Source: a virus
Taxonomy: Duplodnaviria; Caudoviricetes
Direction: 5' to 3' (one strand)
DNA length: 30,689 bases
Virus record (IMG/VR): IMGVR_UViG_3300030397_000751
Span: 1 to 30,689 of that record
This document shows, piece by piece, positions 1 to 6,689 of this stretch. Position 1 is the stretch's first letter; each line of letters opens with the position of its first letter. The notes under the pieces are model-generated. The model saw only the letters and a program-made list of their open reading frames with translations. It had not been told where the DNA came from and did no database searches. A program made the position numbers and the translations under genes.

Positions 1-17
1 GTTTCCCAGTCACGATC
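1..17 (+). other. Library artefact: Round A/B (SISPA) random-amplification primer
   Basis: First 17 nt are exactly GTTTCCCAGTCACGATC, the fixed part of the primer GTTTCCCAGTCACGATC-N9, at the very edge of the window. Confidence 0.9.
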
Positions 18-302
18 TTGACGCAGGAGAGCATCTGTAGGTTGGAGTTACGGGGTGCGCTAATACACCAGATATTAAGGAGTGTCAATAGCGTATGTGC
101 AAATATTTGTGAAGGCATAGGTGCGGGCGTAGGTCAACAGCAATTGATAAGATTTATGCGTCATGCAAGGGGATCTGCGTACGAGTCCTGTTCACACGCC
201 AGACAGCTGGGCGAGTACGAAGAAGAGTGTAATCAGATACTGAGTGGTGTGGAGGAATACATAATAGCACTGCTGAGTCAAGGTGCTGGGAAGAACTTGT
301 AG
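18..302 (+). CDS. Four-helix bundle protein (23S rRNA IVS / TIGR02436-like), 5' truncated
   Basis: QILRSVNSVCANICEG and RFMRHARGSAYE fit the family pattern QxxRSxxSxxxNIxEG...F...ARGSxxE. The TTG at 18 abuts the primer, so the true start is missing. Confidence 0.75.
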   Translation: MTQESICRLELRGALIHQILRSVNSVCANICEGIGAGVGQQQLIRFMRHARGSAYESCSHARQLGEYEEECNQILSGVEEYIIALLSQGAGKNL

Positions 303-520
303 TACAGGATAACGATGAGACACAGTAGGTTAACCGAGTAGTTGACTATGAGGGGCCAGTTGTGCGTGGGGAGTACGTAGCAGAGGGTTAGGACTTCACC
401 CACCAACCACATCAATAAGAACACCGGACTTATCCCGTGTGCATGTTTTTGCTTGACACAGCGTATGACTTGGGGGATGCAACACAGCCCCAGCAATATA
501 GAACCGATCCAACCAAGCAC
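278..520 (-). CDS. PQ-loop (SemiSWEET-like) small membrane protein
   Basis: 80 aa, three hydrophobic segments, IPQ motif after TM1 followed by K-x-x-x-GIS, and PLIVN in TM3. Confidence 0.8.
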   Translation of the reverse strand: MLGWIGSILLGLCCIPQVIRCVKQKHAHGISPVFLLMWLVGEVLTLCYVLPTHNWPLIVNYSVNLLCLIVILYYKFFPAP

Positions 521-557
521 TCCCTAACGCTATCATAAAATGCTAGAGTAGCAGTAC

Positions 558-1418
558 ATGACTAAAGAGGAACTGGACGTCAAACTAGCTAAATTTATGG
601 AAGTCAAGAAGAAAGACCGAGAACAGAACTGGGCTATATATTACGACGACCTTACAGCCAAAGCAGAACGTGGAGAGCTGGATCCCATCATCGGTAGGGA
701 TACGGAGCTAGCTACAACAGTGCAGGTGTTATCCATGCGTCGAAAAAACAACCCACTGCTGGTCGGAGAACCGGGGGTGGGTAAGACAGCTATTGCGGAG
801 GGGGTAGCTCAACTGGTGGTGGACGGCCGGGTACCTAGAGTGCTACATGGCTGTCGAGTATTGGCTATAAGCCTTGTTTCGGTGGTAGCGGGGACTAGGT
901 ATAGGGGGGAGTTTGAGGAACGATTAGAGGGGCTCCTGAAGCATTTGAAGGGCATGCACGCAATACTGTTCATAGACGAGTTTCACACCATTGTGGGAGC
1001 CGGCGGAAGGGAAGGGTCTCTGGATGCAGCTAATATCATGAAACCAGCACTGGCCCGGGGAGAGCTGCGGTGTATTGGGGCTACCACTAAGGAAGAATAT
1101 GAGAAATATGTCAAATCTGACATGGCACTGGAGAGGAGATTTCGAGTAGTAGGTATTGAGGAGCCAACTGTACAGGATTCCGTACGTATATTGGAGGGAA
1201 TCAAGGGTCAATATGAGAAGCATCATGGGCTAAGTATTGATAAAGAGGCCATAATTGCTGCTGTGGAACTAACACACGAAAGAATGCCGAATAGGAGACT
1301 ACCGGATAAGGCAATTGACATTATTGACGAGTCCTGTGCCCGCATGAACATGGTAGGAGGAGTTACATCCGTGACCAGGGCAGACGTCGAGAATCTACTG
1401 CAGGAATGTCAAGCATAA
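558..1418 (+). CDS. Stand-alone ClpA/ClpB-type AAA+ ATPase (first nucleotide-binding domain only)
   Basis: [22 protein letters not shown] (Walker A), [13 protein letters not shown] (pore loop), ILFIDEFH (Walker B), [22 protein letters not shown]. Ends shortly after the lid. Confidence 0.92.
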   Translation: MTKEELDVKLAKFMEVKKKDREQNWAIYYDDLTAKAERGELDPIIGRDTELATTVQVLSMRRKNNPLLVGEPGVGKTAIAEGVAQLVVDGRVPRVLHGCRVLAISLVSVVAGTRYRGEFEERLEGLLKHLKGMHAILFIDEFHTIVGAGGREGSLDAANIMKPALARGELRCIGATTKEEYEKYVKSDMALERRFRVVGIEEPTVQDSVRILEGIKGQYEKHHGLSIDKEAIIAAVELTHERMPNRRLPDKAIDIIDESCARMNMVGGVTSVTRADVENLLQECQA

Positions 1419-1419
1419 T

Positions 1420-1449
1420 TAGACAATTGTGTCCCTTAAAAGTTATTAT
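1420..1449 (+). promoter_or_regulatory. Putative sigma70-type promoter, leaderless start at 1456
   Basis: TAGACA (1420-1425), N18, TATTAT (1444-1449), then 6 nt to ATG. Confidence 0.5.
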
Positions 1450-1455
1450 GAGGGC

Positions 1456-2097
1456 ATGAAAAAATACATTGCCGCATTAATTGCTGTCCTATTCGTTATA
1501 CCCGTTCTTGCCGACAAACCTCGTGTAAATCCGCGAGAAGATTCGGCATATGGCCGAGCTGGTGCCCCCTTATTTCTCGATGTGGAGACTATTGCAGCTG
1601 CTGGTGAGCTTATCGGTAACGGTAAGGATGCTGTAGACGTAACCAACACCGGTGGAGATGCTGCTCCTAAACTTTTCCGATATGGAACTATCATTATGGT
1701 TACTTGCGATGCTGATGCCATTGGCTACTTTTTGCAAGACGACGGTGCCACCACATCAGCCACCACGGGTCAGATCACCGATGCCGGCTCTACTGCTGGA
1801 CGTACTACTGGTAACGGTGGGTCCTTCTGGATTGAGGCTGGAGTTACTCGGCACGTGGTTGTTCCAACAGTTAATGACAGTGGCAACGCGGGAGTATACT
1901 CAGAAAGTCAAGTCAGTGTACGGAAGCTTAGCTGCACAGGGTCTCAGAATGCTTATGGTAGGCCTTGTGACGTAGACGATGACTGCTACGATGACGGAAC
2001 TGCCACGTGCGTGGATACTGCTGGTGGACCGAAAGGGAGCTACCTCAAGATTCACCCCAGTGCACAGACAGACTGCCGTATCGAAGTGGAGCACTAA
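1456..2097 (+). CDS. Secreted Cys-rich hypothetical protein
   Basis: Restarted at ATG 1456: MKKYIAALIAVLFVIPVLA is a Sec-type signal peptide; mature part is G/T/D-rich with 6 Cys including CDVDDDC. Confidence 0.7.
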   Translation: MKKYIAALIAVLFVIPVLADKPRVNPREDSAYGRAGAPLFLDVETIAAAGELIGNGKDAVDVTNTGGDAAPKLFRYGTIIMVTCDADAIGYFLQDDGATTSATTGQITDAGSTAGRTTGNGGSFWIEAGVTRHVVVPTVNDSGNAGVYSESQVSVRKLSCTGSQNAYGRPCDVDDDCYDDGTATCVDTAGGPKGSYLKIHPSAQTDCRIEVEH

Positions 2098-2098
2098 T

Positions 2099-2959
2099 AT
2101 GAAATCCAAATTAGGATTAGTGCTACTGGCCCTGGCGTCAGTAAGCAACCAAGCATGTACAGAGGATGCATTTGCAGGGAGACTTCGGAGGAGCGGCAAC
2201 TTCCGGAGTTCTCCTAACAAGTCTGCAGAACCTCTTAATGCATTGGATGATCAATATACTGATTGGCTATTTTGGTTTGCCAGTAAGGACTTAGCTGATC
2301 CATGGACACCAGACTTAGGTACTGACAGTGACATTTCTCTAGATGATACTGGAGAAGATTCTGCCACTACGGGAGTATCCACTTCTGGAGTCACAACAGT
2401 GGGAGGTATCGGTACAAAAAATTTAGACCAAGCTGTGACATTCAACGGCAATGAGTGTTATAGAGATGCAGCCACTTCAGCAGTTGATGCATTTGGACCA
2501 GATCTACATGTTCGGACCCTATTCAAATTTAACGGGGCTGGTAATGATTTTCTGTTCTCTTACCGACTAGACAATAATAATGCCCTACGGTTCTCAACTA
2601 ATTCCATATCCCAGATCCGTGTTATAACTGGCAATGACGTGACATACAACTGCGATTCCTCCGGAACTCTCTCAACAGGCAATTGGTATTTCGTGGATTT
2701 CACTTACGACGCCGACGGAGGAGCCACTAGTAAAGGTAAAGCCGATATTTATGTTAACGGAACCCACACAAGCTGCAGTGAAACCTCCGTTGCAGGGTCG
2801 GAATTCGGCGGCGGTGGAAACTTTGCCATCGGGGACGATTTCGATTGCGGCAATAAGAACATGAACGGAGATTTTATTGGCGTAGGATTCCGTGAAAGTC
2901 TTACTGGGATTGATGAGACAGAGCATGATGCAGACTGTGCAGCTCTCGGATTGTGTTAG
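2099..2959 (+). CDS. Secreted LamG/concanavalin A-like beta-sandwich protein
   Basis: Restarted at ATG 2099 (GGAG upstream); hydrophobic N-terminus; AVTFNG, LSTGNWYFVDFTYD, IYVNG, FAIG and NGDF resemble LamG-like strands. Confidence 0.65.
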   Translation: MKSKLGLVLLALASVSNQACTEDAFAGRLRRSGNFRSSPNKSAEPLNALDDQYTDWLFWFASKDLADPWTPDLGTDSDISLDDTGEDSATTGVSTSGVTTVGGIGTKNLDQAVTFNGNECYRDAATSAVDAFGPDLHVRTLFKFNGAGNDFLFSYRLDNNNALRFSTNSISQIRVITGNDVTYNCDSSGTLSTGNWYFVDFTYDADGGATSKGKADIYVNGTHTSCSETSVAGSEFGGGGNFAIGDDFDCGNKNMNGDFIGVGFRESLTGIDETEHDADCAALGLC

Positions 2960-3654
2960 TCCACTAGATAGCTAGCCGAAGCAGGATACAGTCTAAATAG
3001 AAAATCACCCATAGCCAAAGCCAGACTTTGCATTTCAAACTGAGAGTCCTTGGCTTGCCTCATATTCACGAACTTAGCCATGTTGTGGAGGTTCCCCGTC
3101 ACATAGTATTCCGTGTACATATTCTGAGGTAGGACCATCCGAGCTTGTTCCCTACATATGCCAGCAGCCAACATCTGATTATACAGCTTAAGAGACAGTC
3201 GAGAATGCGTTCTAAGCTCCTCAGAGGTAAGGCCCAGTCCTAGAGTATGTCCAGAAATAATGGGGTCTATATCGGATTCTACGCTGGCCTGACGGTTGTC
3301 CTTAGCTTGATGTCGAAAGGTAGTGGGGCAATAGAACTGAATGTCCTTACTCGTGTACCGACGGCTAATCTCATTGTACGAAAATGTACGATGTCTCATA
3401 TGCTGCCTAGCCACGAATAGAGGAACTACACACTTGAACGTAACTGTGCAGTGCTCGAAAGGACTCGTATGGCCATTATTGGCGAGATAGGCAATTAATT
3501 TATCGTCTTTCTCCTCAATATTGACACAAGAATCATTCCCAAAAGAAACCCGGGCTGCATTAACCACAGTACAATCACTACCCATAGCATCCACTAGTTG
3601 TACCCTACCGATACCGTCCTCGTAAATGTATTTCGTGTCTTCACTCGCCTTCAT
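2956..3654 (-). CDS. thyX: FAD-dependent thymidylate synthase
   Basis: ThyX signature RHRTFSYNEISRRY plus NAARVS, HTSPFEH, REQARMVLP. Start placed at ATG 3654; ATG 3666 is an alternative. Confidence 0.95.
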   Translation of the reverse strand: MKASEDTKYIYEDGIGRVQLVDAMGSDCTVVNAARVSFGNDSCVNIEEKDDKLIAYLANNGHTSPFEHCTVTFKCVVPLFVARQHMRHRTFSYNEISRRYTSKDIQFYCPTTFRHQAKDNRQASVESDIDPIISGHTLGLGLTSEELRTHSRLSLKLYNQMLAAGICREQARMVLPQNMYTEYYVTGNLHNMAKFVNMRQAKDSQFEMQSLALAMGDFLFRLYPASASYLVD

Positions 3655-3877
3655 GGTATTTATCATCCAATTCCGCCATATAATCCCAACACTGCCGCAT
3701 AGCAAGTGGGCCAACCCATCTCTCGGTGGAAACCTTAATACCATCAAGGTCGTACAACTTCACCACACATTTCTCCAATCCGGTATACACATCCGCAACA
3801 AGAGTTCCTGCAATAGGAAGCCGTTCCAAATGAAGATGGCAAAGGTCACGATCACTAGAACCATTGAAATAACTCAT
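3641..3877 (-). CDS. Hypothetical protein
   Basis: 78 aa, ATGA overlap with upstream gene, fills the minus-strand operon. Confidence 0.6.
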   Translation of the reverse strand: MSYFNGSSDRDLCHLHLERLPIAGTLVADVYTGLEKCVVKLYDLDGIKVSTERWVGPLAMRQCWDYMAELDDKYHEGE

Positions 3878-4329
3878 ATCCCTAATCCCTTCTCTTCTTT
3901 CGGCAGTGGGAATAGCTCCTGCGGAGTGTAATCCAACTGCAACATTTCTTGAACATCTTTCTCAAATTCCTCATCCGTCCCGCCGGACATCCTACGAGTC
4001 ACAGCAAGAAAGACACGGAATACCCGTAACTTACCCTTCTTATCCTCCTTACAAAACATCTTAATATTCTTAGATAAACTGACAGTATCGAACTTCTTGT
4101 ACTGCTCTCTAACTATTGCCTCAATCGTACGGGCCACTAGAGCCGAACTTTGTCCTGCCAATTCGTGCTGGAGGAGAGTCTTATAGGTAACCACAAGGCC
4201 CGACATAAAACCAGACTGGATACCGCCCACATAGTCTCTCTGTTGCTCAGGATTGAGGTCTAGGTATGTAACACATGTGTCCGAGGTGGAAACCTGGGAA
4301 ACTAAAAGTAGGGGTAGTAGAGATATCAT
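3874..4329 (-). CDS. Putative exported helical protein, HdeA/HdeB- or Rap1a-like
   Basis: Hydrophobic N-terminus, TCVTYLDLNP and FCKEDK with only two Cys; ATGA-coupled to neighbours. Confidence 0.55.
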   Translation of the reverse strand: MISLLPLLLVSQVSTSDTCVTYLDLNPEQQRDYVGGIQSGFMSGLVVTYKTLLQHELAGQSSALVARTIEAIVREQYKKFDTVSLSKNIKMFCKEDKKGKLRVFRVFLAVTRRMSGGTDEEFEKDVQEMLQLDYTPQELFPLPKEEKGLGI

Positions 4330-4547
4330 GAGTGCTTGTCCTCGCGGGAAAACTGCTTAGGCAGGAGAATGAAAGAGATGAGATTGAGAGCCACTGCTTG
4401 CCAATATGTAATCTCAGGGAGAGGGAACACGTGAGGCACACAATAATTCCAAAGCAGCATAAGGGGTAGCCCCATAACAATAGCTGAGAGAGTGGTAACT
4501 GCAACCCCAATTCCCATGATGAACAAAAATCCTTTAAAAGCTTCCAT
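4326..4547 (-). CDS. Small membrane protein
   Basis: 73 aa, mostly hydrophobic, LWNxxxPxxFxLPxITYWQA pattern; AGGAG upstream. Confidence 0.7.
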   Translation of the reverse strand: MEAFKGFLFIMGIGVAVTTLSAIVMGLPLMLLWNYCVPHVFPLPEITYWQAVALNLISFILLPKQFSREDKHS

Positions 4548-4556
4548 AACATTCTC

Positions 4557-4739
4557 CTATTTGTAGTACTCATTACGAGCAGTGATTAAGTAACTATAAA
4601 ACTCATTAGGCACGTCTACCAACTCTCCGTCAACCAGTTGCATATCGCATGGCCCAATATCTTCCGTGACAGAATCAGGGGTACAAACTGAGTTAATTTC
4701 TACCGGAAGGAAAAGCTCTACAGTGTCTTCAAAGTCCAT
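4557..4739 (-). CDS. Small acidic hypothetical protein
   Basis: Restarted at ATG 4739, preceded by TATGGT-N6; this removes the overlap with the divergent gene at 4806. Confidence 0.55.
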   Translation of the reverse strand: MDFEDTVELFLPVEINSVCTPDSVTEDIGPCDMQLVDGELVDVPNEFYSYLITARNEYYK

Positions 4740-4805
4740 ATAAGCACCATATATTGGATTCTGGGTTTCGACAAGGGTGTTCTCAACTTGGTACACTGAA
4801 ATAAA

Positions 4806-5069
4806 ATGCAATTTCTAGAACGTCTAGTTGAGACTAAAGAAGAGACATTCCTTGTGCTGGTAGATGGGAGAATTCAGACAGCACTGCTTCCAAGACAGAA
4901 AGAACCTAAGCCCGGAAGTAGATATCAATACAAAGACAAAGTAATTACCCTCACAGAAATAGCTCTAAGGAGTGAGAGTAATCGTCTTTTCATTGGCTAT
5001 GAGGGATCCCACAAGACTGCCATAGCTGGAATGTGGTTATTGCTACAACCGCCCGGGGAGGAACTTTAG
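4806..5069 (+). CDS. Hypothetical protein
   Basis: 87 aa, TGG-TACACT 8 nt before ATG; fills the gap between two minus-strand blocks. Confidence 0.55.
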   Translation: MQFLERLVETKEETFLVLVDGRIQTALLPRQKEPKPGSRYQYKDKVITLTEIALRSESNRLFIGYEGSHKTAIAGMWLLLQPPGEEL

Positions 5070-5671
5070 AGAAGACCCCTAGGGTGGAAGTACAGATGTA
5101 GAACATCTTCGAGATGGAAACAATCCCGACGGCTATTATCAATTACAAGATCAGCCATATCACGCACTGCGTCAATGGATAGCTCACTAGCATGTTTACT
5201 GTGTTGAGCATCAAGAACTTCTTTGCCATCAAGATGTATCAAGATGCCGCCCCAGTTTTTTAAGGCTGTAGCTTCGTTCTCGAATCGGACGTCCGTAACA
5301 ATAGCAACATCGACACGGCCACTGCGCCAAGAACCGGGACGAGAAGCTGACACCGGATTGAACCCCGTCACATCTCGGTATATTTGCCTATGAAGGCACT
5401 CTACCCAAATGTTATCCATAAGCTCTCTGCCCCACTCAGTACCTAAACGCTGCATGGCCACCCGAGGTATTACTCCATTATCGTCAGGGGTTTCCTTTAG
5501 ATCCCCATCAGTGTGGTCCTCAGTCCAATCGAATACTTTTCGGCAGAAGCTTTTTAAGGGATCTGCAAACTTGTAAACCTTAATTTCCTTGTTTCCCGTA
5601 ATAATCCGAGAAAGAGTTTTTGCAGCGAAGTCCTTCCCGCTACCCGCCTTACCACTAAACCCTACAATCAT
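5066..5671 (-). CDS. Deoxynucleoside monophosphate kinase
   Basis: MIVGFSGKAGSGKD (P-loop), FADPLK, PRVAMQRLGTEWGR, IVTDVRFENE, HASE. Start at ATGA overlap 5671. Confidence 0.9.
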   Translation of the reverse strand: MIVGFSGKAGSGKDFAAKTLSRIITGNKEIKVYKFADPLKSFCRKVFDWTEDHTDGDLKETPDDNGVIPRVAMQRLGTEWGRELMDNIWVECLHRQIYRDVTGFNPVSASRPGSWRSGRVDVAIVTDVRFENEATALKNWGGILIHLDGKEVLDAQHSKHASELSIDAVRDMADLVIDNSRRDCFHLEDVLHLYFHPRGLL

Positions 5672-5901
5672 ACCATCAACTCCAAACAATCATCGGGAGT
5701 GAACTCCACGGCTCTATAATATGCTCTCTTCACTTCAAGATCCTCCTTCACCCATTTAGTAGTTCCATCTTCGATGTCAACTATAAACAGCATTCCTTCC
5801 ATTACATTGTCGGTCAATATCCAGCAAGATTGTTTGTACAAAAATGTATCTCCCGGAGACAATGCTCCCAAAAGTAAACCATTAGTGGACTTTAATTCCA
5901 T
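5668..5901 (-). CDS. Hypothetical protein
   Basis: 77 aa, GGAGGT Shine-Dalgarno just upstream, coupled to the kinase. Confidence 0.7.
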   Translation of the reverse strand: MELKSTNGLLLGALSPGDTFLYKQSCWILTDNVMEGMLFIVDIEDGTTKWVKEDLEVKRAYYRAVEFTPDDCLELMV

Positions 5902-5966
5902 TGCACCTCCACTAACAGTCTAGAGTATACGGTTTCTTTTTCTATGTACAGTCCGTATAATAATTT

Positions 5967-6266
5967 GTGTCTCAGTCCAAGAATCGTAAACAACGGTACG
6001 GTATTACTGAAGAAGACTTTGAAAAACTATGGGAAGACTGTGACGGATGTTGCATGTTATGCGGGGAACCCATGCTACGTACTGGACGAAAAGCTAACTC
6101 AGTACATATTGATCACTGCCATGTTACAGGAAAAGTTCGGGGGCTATTACACAACACATGCAATTCCGGACTTGGCAAATTCAAGGATGATGTAGAGCTA
6201 CTAGCAAAAGCCATTGCATACATTGCTCGGAATGGTAGCGGAGTATTTAAAAGAACTTTGGATTAA
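5967..6266 (+). CDS. Recombination endonuclease VII family protein
   Basis: RYGIT, CMLCG, HIDHCHVTGKVRGLLHNTCNSGLG, FKDD...AIAY. Confidence 0.9.
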   Translation: MSQSKNRKQRYGITEEDFEKLWEDCDGCCMLCGEPMLRTGRKANSVHIDHCHVTGKVRGLLHNTCNSGLGKFKDDVELLAKAIAYIARNGSGVFKRTLD

Positions 6267-6317
6267 TTGGACTACATGCTTGATATTAGGCAGGGTTTTA
6301 TAAGGCTAGACAAGATT

Positions 6318-6346
6318 TTGACAACTAAAGCAATCCATGCTAAACT
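6318..6346 (+). promoter_or_regulatory. Sigma70-type promoter P1
   Basis: TTGACA (6318-6323), N17, TAAACT (6341-6346) with extended TGn. Confidence 0.75.
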
Positions 6347-6386
6347 ATCGGGCATCTACTACCGAGCGGGCATTACTGAATTTCGC

Positions 6387-6666
6387 ACTAGCCCATAAAA
6401 CCCCGCCAGCACGCAGCGGAGGTTACACCGGCAACCCAATATTGTGTCTAAACCTTAGATATTTTAAATAATCCTATACACCCCTTGACAGGCGATTTGA
6501 GGCAATATAGACTGGTTCTACAGTCGAAGGTTCTTTGGCGGGGTCCTGAGATTGTGGCTAGTAGCAAAAATTACTGGACTTGTTGATCTAAATATAGAAT
6601 AATGGTTGAGTTCTCCGGGGTGGCACCCCTTCTTTCTTCAAAACCCCGCTAGCTGCCCCGGGGGAC
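6387..6666. repeat. Inverted and direct repeat cluster with a 15-bp hairpin upstream of the polymerase gene
   Basis: ACTAGCC..ACCCCGCCA (6387-6408) is complementary to TGGCGGGGT..GGCTAGT (6536-6562); AAAACCCCGCYAGC at 6397 and 6640; stem 6610-6624/6652-6666. Confidence 0.6.
6485..6513 (+). promoter_or_regulatory. Sigma70-type promoter P2
   Basis: TTGACA (6485-6490), N17, TAGACT (6508-6513). Confidence 0.75.
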
Positions 6667-6689
6667 ACTTCCATGGAAAGTAGGACGAT

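Noticed and set aside
2840-2900. IGVGFR resembling the GFR end of a DGR variable region
   Set aside because: Context fits the last strands of a LamG-like domain, and no template repeat or reverse transcriptase was seen.
6140-6170. Endo VII GLLHNTCN instead of GLLCxxCN
   Set aside because: His can replace Cys as a zinc ligand and the catalytic DH and N are intact; ordinary variation.
6350-6480. Possible tRNA downstream of promoter P1
   Set aside because: No cloverleaf or T-loop GTTCRA found.
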